A DNA stretch of 64,000 nt, taken from assembly GCA_036172245.1 (NCBI GenBank), contig JAYWIR010000009.1, forward strand, positions 3,224,001 to 3,288,000, read 5' to 3'. The notes under the pieces are model-generated. The model did no database searches. It was given only the letters and a program-made list of their open reading frames with translations, and was not told the DNA's origin. The position numbers and the translations under genes were made by a program. Below, in pieces: positions 1 to 11,949 of the stretch. This DNA comes from Raillietiella orientalis. Lineage: Eukaryota. Position 1 is the stretch's first letter, and each line of letters starts with the position of its first letter.

Positions 1-219
1 GCGGGACGCGCGCAGCGACAGATCGACAGTGCGCCACTAGCTGCCGCGCTCCCTTGCGCCGCACACGTTCTCCGCGAATGAGACCTCTTCCTCGCCTCGG
101 TTGGCCGGTGGGACGGCCGCTGCTGGCGGGAAACGCGCATCTCGGGTGGACGCGCCGGCCGGCGCAGAGACGGAGGTGGGCGATCGCTGACGTTTGGGGT
201 CCGGGAGGGCACCGCTGAC

Positions 220-2005
220 CTTATGGAGCCTCCTCGTTTCCGGATCCCTGAAGGTGGTGGCGGCTCAGGTCAGAGGTCACGAAGACCACAGCGAGGATGG
301 GGGGGGTGCCGACGATTAGGTAGGGCATCGCTGACTTTACGGCGCCCTGCACGCCCGCGAGTTCGAGGAGCGTTGTCTTCTGATCTTCTGGGAACCCGAC
401 AAGGTCAAGGAGGGAAGGGGATTCCCCTCCCTCCTTGACCTTGTCGGGTTGCCGCAGCCCAGCTGGGGATAGGGAGGGGTACGGGTGAACGCCGCAGGTA
501 CAGACGAAGAGGAGAAAAATCAAAAGGCATGGGCGCCGCCCCTGCCAGCGTCGAAGGCGACCGCGATCGCTACGCTGGCAGCGTGGCGATGGGACAGCGG
601 ACCGTCCCGCTGGTCTTGCCTTCCTCCTGCCCGGAACAGCGCACCACCTCCCTGCCCGAGGGGTCCCCCAGACCCGACTCTCCCTCGCAGACGGGAGGAA
701 GGTGGGTTCAGGGCTGCCCTCCGTCGGTGCGACGATGGCTCAAGGGCCCGACGATGGATCCAAGCCGACCTCTATGAGATGAGCTCCTTGTCGGGAAGGT
801 GGACACGGGCTCACCCCGCTGTAGGGCCGACCACATAGTCGAGGTCGAGAAATCAACTGTAGCGAGAACTATCGGAAGGGGAACACAACCGAAAGACCTC
901 CGCCTTCCCCGCCCCCTCCCCGATAGGGGAGGCCAGGAGAAGTTCGGCGGGAGGTCAGCGACCGGGTCGGAAAGCTTGTGAGATGCAGGGGAAGGCTGAG
1001 GAAGCGCCCCGAGGAGGTGGTTCGTCAACTCTTCTGCAGAGATGGAGCCGAGACCAGGGTTGAAGCCAGGACGGGGCTAGAGGGGGAGGGTCACGCGCTT
1101 CCTTCTAATGTTGGACACGCGCTGTGCGTCTGGAGTAATGCCCCCCCCCCCTCGACTCTCACTGAACGGTCACCTGACCTGTCGGAAGCTCTCAGCCTGG
1201 ACGGTGGCCCGAGACGATGTCTCCCGCCGCCACCCTTCTAGTCCTCCCGAGACTTGCTCTCCTGCCGGCGCCCCTGGCGGCGAAAGGAGGAAATGGGGGT
1301 TCCTCGCCTTCCTCTGCCTCTCTCCTTCTTACGGTGGCGTCGCTGTGCTCCCACGGGAGCAGGCGGGATCGGCGGCGGCGGTTCCGGCCGGGCCTCCAGG
1401 GAACCCCCCAGGATCGGAGGGCTTGCAGCCCCACTCGAACTCAAGTCCGGCTCCCAGCTGAAGCCTTCAGTTGTTTCCTTGACCAGGTTGACCAGTCGGT
1501 GGCGGCGCCCGCAGCGACCGAGCCCCAGCTCCTAGCACGACGGCCGGGGATGCGCACTGCTCACCTTCGATTCGCTGCGCATTTCGTGGGCTCGCGAAGC
1601 GGAAGACCGCGGATCTGATCCAGGCACGGGTGCGCAAGAAATCGGACAGGACCGACGGCGTCTCCTGGGGCGGGGTCCCACGACCTGGGTGCCTCCCCCC
1701 AGCGAAGGCTGATCCCTGCCCCTCTGCTTCGCAGGGCTATCGAAAGTGCCCTTTTCTGTTCATCGTCCTCGAAGGCCCGAGGATCCCTCGTGCGTGCAGA
1801 TGCTTCCTATGACCTGACCCCCTCATGCTGCGGATGTCATCAGCCACCCTCCCGGACGCGACTGCTTCCGGAGGTCAGGGCCTGAAGGGATTTCCTCCTT
1901 GCTCGCATTTGACAGACGAGGAGACTTGAAGGTGCTGCCGAAGACTTGAGGGACTTCCGCCGTGTGCTCGGGAGCTCTCTGTAGGTGGTGGGACTCCTGC
2001 GCCAA
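220..2005 (-). mobile_element. Decayed L1/Tx1-like LINE ORF2 fragments (APE-like part about 2005-1450; RT-thumb-like part about 1000-600)
   Basis: Minus-strand peptides 'AQESHHL' (cf. LQETH), 'SLGGGTQVV' (cf. ILGGDFN) and 'THLPPVCEGESGLGDP' (cf. thumb L.LP..EGGLGL.D), with many stops and frameshifts. By-eye motif match only. Confidence 0.35.
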
Positions 2006-2897
2006 TCGCTGCCATCTGCAAGCCGTCCTCTGATTGCGTTCGCTCTTGCTTCCTCCTTCTCCTTTTCTCCTTCCTCCCTTCCTCCTCCTTCTCCTCCTGT
2101 CCCCTCCTTCCGCGGAGGACGGTCGGGGCTTAGGGAAAGCAGAGAGGCGAAGGGGGCGGATGGGAAGGGGGCTCTGTTTGCTGGGTCCCTTCTAAGGGGT
2201 GGAAGAAAACGTGGGCGGAGTCGAGAGGGAGTAGGGACGGGAGAAAAGGGAGCAGAGCTCTCTGGTTAGTCTCTTCCTGTCCCCTCGGGTCCTGCTTCCC
2301 AGGGACCTGAACGCGCGCCGCGCACTCTCTCTTGTCCTCCTCTTCCTTAGTCCGCGGCCTCCTCCCTGCTACCTTCTTCGCAGAGGTCCCTCCTCTTCCT
2401 CCACCTCTGCTCCTCGCGCGGAGCATCACGTGTTCATTCCGCGGGTCCGCCACCAGGGGCAAAACGACGAGCGAACGAAAGTCGACGTCTGTGCCGATCC
2501 AGGCGAGCGACGGCACTTCCTCCTTGAGTCCTCTGGTGCCCCGATTGTAGGGATAGGCAGCCTTCGCCGCTGTTTGCTTTCCTGCGTCCCTAGGGCTCCG
2601 TGTCGGTCATAGCCTTGGATTCGTTCCGGGCATAAGGTGATTGGGGTCCACCGGATACCACGTCTTTTCTGGGAGATCCCCCGAACTGACCGACAGTCCG
2701 AACGTGGCTCTCAGTGGTTGTTTGGCCTGCAGGAGCCTGAGGTGGCCACCCATGGAGAGGCTGCTGGCCTTGCCTGGTAAACCGAGGAGACCAAAGGTGC
2801 CCCTTCGGAACCTTCTGCGTGCGAACCACTCAGCCGAGAAGAACAGTCCATCTCTTTCACAATGTGCCGAATGAGCATGAAGGTCGCGAGCGGCTTT

Positions 2898-5111
2898 CTA
2901 CGTATGTCCGAGCCTCCGGAAGCGGACATGGGCTGTGGGAAAACAAATGCACCCATGGAGCTTGGATTTTCCCGAAGAGAGAAATTCCTCGCAGTCCAAA
3001 CTGACCTCATGCCTTCCTGGGCGCGCATCTCCCGAGAGCGTCGAGACTGGAATCGATGACCTCGGACTGGTTTCCCAGGCATCTGCATGTTCCGGCAGCA
3101 CTGATTCGGAATTTGGTCTTACATGGCCGCGAGCTGGAAGGAGACGCACTTATCCGGTCCAGCTTTGTGGCATGCCCCCTTCCCCCCCGGCATGCTTGGA
3201 CCCACTCCATCTCAATTTCAACTCCGAATCTGCTGAAGGGGGGGGGAAGGCGACAATACCTCCTGCAAAAAGGTCTTCCAGCTTTCGCAGCACTGGGTCG
3301 ATGGCAGCTTTGCATAGGAAGCAGCGCAGCGCCTCCCTGAGTTCTTCGGGAAGTCTGGGAATCAGACCGAGCGGATGTGTGAGGGCTTTCATTGAGGCGG
3401 CCGAATATTTACGAGACCACCGCCTCCCGCTTTCCTCAAAACACCATGCAGTTTTTCGCAGGATGCCACGCAGGAGATCGGCCCCATCCACGGGGGGAGG
3501 AGCCACTCAAAAGCGGTGCATCTGGCGCCGAGCTGACGGAGAAGAGTAGGACGCGATGCATAGGGACGAGGGAAAAGAAACGATAGATGCGCTCTTTGGT
3601 CTGCTCTTTCGGGCGTTTGAAATGGCCCACCCTCTCGTCTGAGGGGAGGAGGGCAGAGGCATCTCGAGAGCGGCTCCTGAAGTCAGCTCGTGTTTGCAGA
3701 ATAAAGCACGGCTCGACGGACCTCGTCAAAAGGCAAAAATCCTTTTTGTTGCGGTAGGATAATTTTTTATCATCGAGGATCCCGCTCGCAAAGTGCGCGC
3801 GAGATAAGCAACCGGCGTGTGGAGGGTGCACAGAGTCGTCAACGGAAATCTCCGGTCTGCAGCTTCATTGGATGCGCGGAGATTTCCTAGCTAGCCGGAT
3901 GGCTTCAGGAATGTTTTCCGCCACCATGGGATCTTCTTGCTCATCAAGGCAGATGCAAAAGACAGAGGATAGCATCTTCGCCTCGGGGTTGAGGCATTTG
4001 TACCCGATTTCATTTGTTCGGAAAGAGGAATTCTCCGCGCAAGATGGGCGGCAGCTTCGTTCATTTTGAATGGTGTGAGGCCCATTTAGAGAAACGGGGC
4101 CGCTTACCCCAATCGTGATATCTTCCGACAATGAAGAATCAATATCGTAAGTGCGTTCGGATGCGCCGGTAAAGTGTTCCCCCACTTTTGAGATAGAAAT
4201 CCTGCGGGTATCTGCTGGTCCAATGATGAGTCGCAAAAGTTCTTCTCCTAGCTGACCTGGTAACGCTTCCGCATCTTGTATTCATTCATGGGACAGAGCC
4301 ATTTCCTACATGATCGCGTGCTCCAGGAGGTTATGTGTCGGGAATCCAGGAGAGCTCCTCGCAAGACTAGAGACCGAACTCCCAGCAGGGACCCTGGATC
4401 GTTCCATCTTTGGGAAATCTGATTCCTTCCTCTGTGGGTTTTTCAGAGGAGTCTTTTTTGTCCTGGATTTCCTCCTAGAGAGCGTCCCGATCGAACTTTC
4501 ATCTCCAGCCGCTATCTGGTCGGGATGTGGGCTGAGGTTCCTTCCTCGGGCCGTTTCGATTTTTCTTGACGGACGATTCACGTCTGCGAAGGAGCCTGAG
4601 CCGACCTGAATAGGGGTGGACTTCTTGCAGACACATTTCTCAAGTGTTCCTGTGCACAACTGTTCAAGTCACCAAGTGCCACTTTCTGTGTATTCACTCT
4701 GGAAAAATGTTTCTCTGTTGGTGGAGGGCGCACTAGGGTCTCGTGGACAGCCACACCCACTTGGATCACCATCCGCCATCCTCTTTTCAAGATATAGCGG
4801 CAAGTGGTAAGTCCTTCAAGGTATAGTCTCTGCAGCAGTCTCCTGATCCATATTTCGCTCTTGGTGACTCCTTGGGTGATGTTCATCACAGGCACTATCT
4901 CTCCGGTGGTGTTCATTCCTTCCTCGAACCGTTTCGATTTTTTTCCAAGGGATGATTCGTGTCTACAGAATGAGCCTCTTGAAACAGTCCTACCTCCAGT
5001 CTGGGTTTGCAGCGGAACGCAGCGGCGAAGCTTGAAGAGGGCCGGTTTGAAATGACTCACTCTCCCCCCCCCCCATATCAAAAGAAGCCGTAGGGAATGA
5101 GCTAGAAGCAA
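2898..5111 (-). pseudogene. Decayed long coding region of unknown identity (Ser/Arg/Lys/Glu-rich)
   Basis: ORFs 4306-4659, 3865-4236 and 3436-3831 share one frame (about 408 codons, 3 internal stops). ORFs 3150-3506 and 2898-3149 share another frame with one stop. No recognisable domain. Confidence 0.4.
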
Positions 5112-5999
5112 AACCGACCTCGATCGACCCCAAGGTTATGAATTTCGGTAGCAAGAAGGTCAAGAGAACTGCAGCTTCGCGCGTGCCTCCGAAACTTTCG
5201 TTCCTTGCGAATGGATTGTGGCACCTCGGCGCCGTTCTTCTCCTCTCTGCTTTCGAAGCAGACAAAAAGGCACGCTCTGCGGACCTACACGGAGCACCAT
5301 GGCGTCAGCGCGCGCGATCAGCATGGCCGCCAACAATGCAATCTAAAAATACACGGCGAGCGACTTTAGGACGGCTCTCAAGCGGCAAAACGTAGCAACG
5401 CCTGTTTAGGGGGATCGGTTTTGAGTCACTCATCCCATAGCAACGACGAGGGTCGCGCTGTGCATCCAACGTCCAGTGACGCTAATCTGTTCTCAGCATC
5501 CTAACCGAGGAGATTTCTTGTTTTTCCTAAACATTGCTGCCGTTTTCTCGTCCCGCCATACTGAGGGCATCCTTCGAGCTTGAGGATCCCCTGCCTGACG
5601 GAAATACTTCTGGAGCTGCTCTCCCATTAAGGAAGTTCAGCCATCCCTGACTTCATTGCCTTCGGGCGCGTTTGCGCCTGGGGCGAAATCGGATGTCAAT
5701 ATATGCCTTGAACTGAACGGGTGTTGCTATTTCGGAGGCGTGGTCGTCCGTGGAACCCTCAGAGGCGATCCGAGTCTTCCCATTCTTCTTTGGCGTGCCA
5801 CCGGATGTGGTTCGTGGAGTTCTTTCCTTTCTCGGAGTGCGTCCCACATTCAGATCCGTCGCGAGGACCGCCGCGTGGATACGTCAGTGTAGACTGGGTT
5901 GAACACTCGGCGCCACGAATAGGGACGGGGAGTTTTCCGTGACGCCTATTCCTCGCAACCCGTATCTGTGCATCGTTGACATAAAGGTGATCTTTCGCC

Positions 6000-7070
6000 T
6001 GATTTTCGCGTGCTGGCGAGGTCCCACCTCTCCGAGGATCTCCAGAAGGGGAGGAACTCCAGAAAGGTGCGGACCGAAAGCGGTCGGTTGTGCCAGTGTG
6101 GCGGGTTGGGTCCAGACAAGCTCGGCAGCAGAGCGGTGCTGGTGCCGGAGTGTTGGATGCAATTTTCGGCAATTCCAGCTGTACGCAAGGCCGGCTGAGT
6201 GAAGCAGCGCCACCACCGAGCCAAAGCTCTGCCCCAGGAGCTGCGCACAGGAGCGGAAGACCAAACGGAGCTAGTTCCTCTCAAAGCTTCCCTCGGGATA
6301 GCTGGAGTTTGCCCAAGGGAAAGAAAAGGGAAAGACATAGCCGGTCGCTTAAGGTAGTCATCCCTCATTACCTCCAGCGTGAGAGCATCGCAGAGAGAGC
6401 ACGCGTGGTAGTCCCTTGTTCAAAAGCACCTCGGTCAAGAGAGAGCCATGCGATGTGTGAGCATGCACCACGCCTCAAGCTTCTTCCTCACCAATGGAGA
6501 CTACCTGAGGTTCCGGGACTACAGATCCATCCAAGTAGCTCGGCTAAGCGCTCCATGAATCAGGGCCGGGCAAAGAGTGAAACCAGAGGAACGCATATGT
6601 CGGCGCTGCCGGACGGAAGACGAAACGTTGCATCATATCTTAAACCGATGAGGGAGGCACTTTCATCTGTCCACTGCGCGACATGACGCGATCCAAGATG
6701 AGCGGGGTGGATCCAAGATGGCTGCGGTGGATGAGGCAAAGTGGACCCGCGTGTCCACCAACCAGAGAGCTCCGGGATCGGAATCCCTCTTGCGACCAGA
6801 CCTAGTAGTGAAGAAAGGAAGTCGAACAGTGGTGCTGGACATCTGCTGCCCGTTAGAGGGTGGAAAAAAGAGGCATTCAGCACGGCTAAGAGGAACAAGC
6901 TGGAAAAGTACAAGGAAGTAGCTCTCCGGCTAGGCAGAGAGCGGAAACAGGTAGGGTGCATGCTCTCCTCCTTGGATCACAGGGGGAGCCTGGAACCCGG
7001 TTAACGAAGAAGTGCTTCACGAACTTGGAACTCCTAAAAAGCATTCAGAGAGGATATTTGAACCCTCTTG
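6000..7070 (+). mobile_element. Utopia/NeSL-like (R2-group) non-LTR retrotransposon, decayed 3' fragment: post-RT linker, CCHC finger and restriction-like endonuclease
   Basis: One frame reads 'QKHLGQERAMRCVSMHHASSFFLTNGDYLRFRDYRSIQVARLS', then 'CRRCRTEDETLHHILNR*' (last Cys codon is now TGA at 6649-6651), 'RHD' and 'LRPDLVVKKGSRTVVLDICCP'. After frameshifts it reads 'AFSTAKRNKLEKY' and 'NEEVLHELG'. This is the canonical motif order of RLE-encoding NeSL/Utopia elements. Confidence 0.85.
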
Positions 7071-7344
7071 AGCTGGGAAATTTATTTTGAAACAAGAACA
7101 AAATAAACTACAAAAAGGAGGGGAAGAAGAGTATCCCCTCAGAAACACGGTGCGCCAAAAAAAAAAAAAAAAGTCTTTTAGTTTGACCACCGGCACGCAG
7201 GCCGGCTTCCAATAAGTAGGGAACGGAGGAAGGGGAGGCAATAAATAAATAAAAGACGAAAGGGTGGGGACAGGGCTCTTTGGTGTGTCACATTCCTTAA
7301 TATTCAGAAGCGACTGTGGATGGTAGTGATCGCCCTGGAGACTT

Positions 7345-8175
7345 GTGCCAGATGAGGCCACCTTGCTGCTGTTGCCATGCTGGCGGCCTCTCTTCGCCGA
7401 ACGTGATTCCAGCACATGGCGGACTGTCACGATGGTGCGGATGCAACAGGTTGTTATGATCATAGCGCCTTTTTTCGGCCCGCTTTCTGTGAAGAATCGC
7501 TGCAGCAAGTCTATTGCAGTCCTGTGGTCTACGGAGTGCCGAAGCAAGTCTTCGCCACAAGTCCTCCAGGGCACTGCAGTCCAACAGCAGGTGTGGAGCG
7601 ATGGAATCGCTCCCCGCACCTTGAACACTTCGGGGAGGCAGCTCCCCCGGAAACCGAGTGCCTGCGGATGGTTGAGTGTTGCCCTCCGGATCCTGTGGTT
7701 GCGTTACGCAACGGCCCTTAGGGCATCAAAGGACAATCCCAGGTACGTGATGAAGCGCCTCTCCGTGCGCAAAGTTCTTTCGCCTGCCGCATCCCTTGCA
7801 GTTCTTTGCTGCCAGCGCGGGATCGTGGTGACCTGGAACTACGCGAGAGGTTGACGGCGCGATAGGGACGGCACCTGCTTCGCCCTCAGCTCCATGAAGA
7901 CGGCAGCTAGGTGACTCCACCTGGGACTTACTAAGAAGGAACTTGACGGCATCCTAGAAAGGATGCAGAGGACTCCCTCGAGCTAAATGTGATCCCTTCC
8001 CTAACTCCTCCAATTTTTTTATATACTTTTTCTTATTTTTTGTTTGCCCCTTCCCCCTCCGCTTCTGAGGTAAACGTCGCTGGCCCGCGTGCGGGTTCTC
8101 AGCAGGTTCCGAGCATTTTCGGACAATGCGGGGCCGATGAACCAACACATGTACGTTTATTTTTTATAATAAACG
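7345..8175 (+). mobile_element. L1/Tx1-like LINE 3' end (ORF2 C-terminus plus 3' UTR), decayed
   Basis: 'LWLRYATALRASKDNPRYVMKRLSVRKVLSPAASLAVLCCQRG...CFALSSMKTAAR*LHLG...GILERMQRT' aligns with the ORF at 36893-37459(-). The T-rich 3' UTR is also shared and ends in AATAAA at 8168-8173. Confidence 0.75.
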
Positions 8176-8249
8176 TACAGGCGGCGTTACTGGGGTAATA
8201 AACCCAGCAGCTCACTCCACCGGAGGAGTCCCTTTTCCCGAAAACGAGG

Positions 8250-8720
8250 AGTGGAGGAGTCCATCTATTCGCTCACCTTGCAGCCGTCCAGGAGTTTTTC
8301 GACTCCTGGAATGTTGCAGAACCCCCATCCCACCGGTCGGCTGCTGTCATTTCTTGCCCTGAGGGCAGGCAGCGCTGCGGCAAGGGGTGCGACGGCTGTC
8401 CGGGATCACCTCGTCCAATCCTGCAGATCTCCCAGTGGTTTGCGTAGGAGACCCTGCAGCGGCCACAGATCCTTCGGGCGAACTCCCAAAGTGACATCTC
8501 AGGACTCCAGAACTTCCTGCCGCCAGGCATTCCAGTTTATGGGGCTGCAGGAGATCCATGGATGGGCTAACAGTAAACATCGGAGAGGATGAGGCGCCGG
8601 ATGGTGGCTTCGTGCATTCGGTACTCCAGCGAAATCTAAGCAGCCCACCTCACACGGGGGACTGACAATCAGATGCAGCCGGAGAACCCCAGCGGTCAGC
8701 CTTAGCACAATACGCTGAGG
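8250..8720 (+). mobile_element. Possible LINE ORF1-like fragment
   Basis: 'PPGIPVYG' and 'LRAFGTPAKSKQPTSHGG' resemble the RRM-like region of Tx1/L1 ORF1. Weak match. Confidence 0.25.
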
Positions 8721-8843
8721 AAGCAACAGATTGAAGGGTGACGAGCGCTCCAGAGGGACAGATGAGGAATCTCGGAAGAACGTGAAAAGCCCTCCGCCCC
8801 TGTAACGCGGTGTTAAATTGTAAATTTTAAGGAATAAAAATTC

Positions 8844-9551
8844 TCAGATTGGAAGATGCGAAATGGAGGGGCGAAATGTTCCCAACCCTTCCTCAAATTC
8901 AAAAGGGGACTGCGTACAGAAGCTACGTGCAGAAGCAGTCCTGTGCTTGCTGGGATTCTGCGGCTTGGGATGCCAAACCTTCAGGTGCCCCCCCCCCCTC
9001 GCACAGTGGGCGCATTTTGGTAAGCAGACTGATGCCACCTGGGACTCTCGCCCGGTCCGTGGAGGCATTGGCTGCTGTGGTCTTCTACAGCAGGTAGTCC
9101 AACTGCTGGAACAGCTGCTGTCCGTCGTGGGTCGGACAACGGTCGGTTCGTCGGGGTCCTGATGGCGGGAAGGTCGCGATGGTGCTAGCAGAAGGGGCGA
9201 GGCTCGCCTGGGGACCAACGCCGTGGGAGCGGATCTCGTAGCAGACTCTCCGTAGCAAGATCTCCTGGATCGCTGGGCTGGATGTGGAGAATGGGTCCTT
9301 GCGAACAGCCTCCGGGTGTGGGCGAGCCGGTCGGGAGCCCAGTGGGAGGGGGAAGGGAAAGCCAGTGCCTCCTCTATTCCCTTCCGGCTGGGATGATCGA
9401 TGCGTGAGAGGAAGCTGCCATCGCCTCGCTGCGACTTGCTTGGAGCGAGACCAGAGCGCTTCCCTATTGCCTTCTTCCTGGGACTCTCCCGGTTCCGTTC
9501 ACGGAAGTCTCTCCCTCGAAGTCTCGCACGGCTTTCTGGATAAAGTGCCAC
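8844..9551 (-). mobile_element. Gag/ORF1-like retroelement remnant with a degenerate zinc knuckle
   Basis: 235-aa ORF containing 'PKCAHCARGGGHLKVWHP', which is C-x2-C-x4-H-x4-C-like with an expanded G-run and the final Cys lost. Confidence 0.35.
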
Positions 9552-9789
9552 AGCAGTTTCCGGAGCTGCTCTAAGCGCACTCGAATCGGTTCCTCCTTCG
9601 ATTTTCCTACGAGCTGGCCTTCCTCTTCCTCGTGCGTTCTGCTTTTATTTTATTTTATTTTATTTTTTTTGGCGTGTGTGCCTGGTCACTAGGTTATTTT
9701 TCCTAGGCTTAACGGCCTTCCCCGCTGGTGGAGCAGATCGATTTACATAGTGACAAGCCTCTAGTTTATAAGTTCGAACTTCACACTCG

Positions 9790-10050
9790 GATGGTTTCCA
9801 GGAAGATCGGTCGCAAGGGAAACAACAGGATGTGTGCCCGATGAATGGATGGGATGAGAGTCGGCGGCTCGCACGTAAATTTCAAGGGATGCCTCCACCG
9901 TTACAAAAAAGATATCCTCGGGAATTACCATTTTCTATCCATGGGTTTCTCGCACTGCGATCCTTCGAGGACTTTATGTCCCGTGAAGTTTTCGGAATTC
10001 AGACGTCTTCCTCGACAAAGGAATTCTGGAACGTTTGCCGGGATTTATAA
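9790..10050 (+). mobile_element. Possible Ty3/Gypsy-type gag N-terminal remnant
   Basis: 'CPMNGWDESRRLARKFQG' resembles the 'N.W.(D/E)...L' motif of retrotransposon gag. The block is more AT-rich than its neighbours. Confidence 0.25.
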
Positions 10051-11949
10051 ATAATTTATGTGCTGATATGGGATTTTGACTCAACTTATTACCGTTTACA
10101 GGCCATTGGATGAAGCTTGCCTGTAGCTGCAGATTTTATTTACTGCCTTCCCTGTACGGAAAGCCGGGATCACTCGCGCTGGCAAAAAGAGAGAGAGGAG
10201 GGGAAGGAGGGGAGCGGAAAAGGAAGAAGAAAATCTTGGTGGGGGCGATCGCTGCTCCATCGGGATATAGCGATGGCGCTTCAAGAGAACGGAAGGCTTC
10301 CTGCATTCCTTCCTTGCGGGGTTCCTGACGACCTTCGCGGGCAGGGGGTGCGCGCGCGCTTCGCCCTTGCGACGTGGGGAAAGCACGCGAGCGGTGCACG
10401 TCCCGAGCGCCCTTCTCCCAATCGCCCAGGGGCCTCGCCTTCGACAGACCCCTGGACCTGCTTCGCAAATCCCTGCTCCGGCCGCCCGACCGTTCTTCAG
10501 CCTCATCCCTGAGTGTCTGAGAAGCACTCGGAATCGCCCGTGTTCCCTGGCTGAGAAGCCAGCGGCTCTGGCATGTGTGCGCACGTGTCCACGTGTGCGT
10601 GCGTGCGCCTGCGTCGTTTACGCTCCCTTCTACCCTCCCCCCCTCCTCCCTCGTTCGCTTCCCCCTTATTCATAGCCATTTGGAAAAGAGAAGAAGAAGA
10701 AAAGGAGGCGGACTGGTCTGTCCGCGCTCAGGGCGGTTTCGGTGCCACTTCAGAAGCTTCCTCTGCTCCAACGAGGCGGGCCTTTCGGAAGGGGGGAAAG
10801 GGGGGACCTCGAACTTCCCGTAGGGGCTCGTGCCAAGATCCACGTGGATGCTGAGTGGACCGAGTAGGAAGAATAGCATGGGCGAAAGGAAAAAAGAAAA
10901 AGAAAGATGAAGGGAGAGACGGGAGAAAGGCACAGACAGATTAAAGGAATCGCGACCCGGGAAGCGCGTTCTCCGGAACAGGAACCAACTCACTGCCGAA
11001 TTTTCGGGAAGGGAAGGAGAGGGCGATGGGAACCGTGGATCGTTGTAAGGGGAGCGTGGCAGCTTCAAATCGAAGGGGAAGCGACCGGGTCGCGAGGAGT
11101 CAGCAACTCTCGAGTTGACCGGCTGGAGGCTTCCTGGAGACGGTGGCGCGCGCGCTCCTGGAGAAAGCGGGAGAGCGCGGACTGGTTCGGAGCAGATAAG
11201 GGAGGGGGAGGAGAGGAATGCGCGCGAGAGGGAGGTCGGCTTCCAGTCGGGCAAGGAGGGGAGGAGGGAGAGAGGGAGAGGGAGCGACGGCACCCTCCTC
11301 TCGGAAGATGGAGTTGTCAGCGAGCCGCTTCCCGCGCGCCCTTCGACAAGCGGAAGATGAAGTTGTGGGCCGGGAAATCCCCCCCCCCCCACTCTCACTT
11401 TTTCCTTTTTTTCTCTCGTGTGCGGCGGGCTCCCGCGGCGTCCACTGGGTCGGAGCGCCCCTGCCGTCGCTGCGCATCGGTCATCAGTGATGCATTCTTT
11501 CATCATCTGCACGCGCAGACAAGGGAAACAATTTGCAGATTAAGAAGAAAAAAATCTCCATCCCCTTCTTCCTCCGTCCTCTTGCTCTTCGAGAGAGTAA
11601 AAAAAAAAAAAAAAAAAATCAAGGGAAGTCGGCTCTGCTGATGGAAAGCAGATCGAGTGAGCAGGCAACCGGAGGAAGATCTGAAGCATCCACCAACCGT
11701 TCTCCTGTTTCTCTCAAATCGGAGACACTTTTCCCCCTTCGCCGTCGCTTTCTGTCGCGTCGCCTGCCGGTGTCCCTTCTTGTGGGAGACCAGGGCCGGG
11801 AGGAGAGGGAGCCGGGACGCATCCGGAACACACAACTCAGCTACAGGAAAAAAAGGGAGGTTTTCAGGACCGCGCAAGAGAGGGTCATCCTTGCAGACTT
11901 TCAGGGAGATGTCCACGCTCGTGCGCCATGCGAGCGCGTGAGCTTCAGG

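Noticed and set aside
5485..5493. 'atctgttct' resembling the U2 snRNA target of Utopia/Keno elements
   Set aside because: Only 9 nt, on the wrong side of the element, and with no further U2 similarity.
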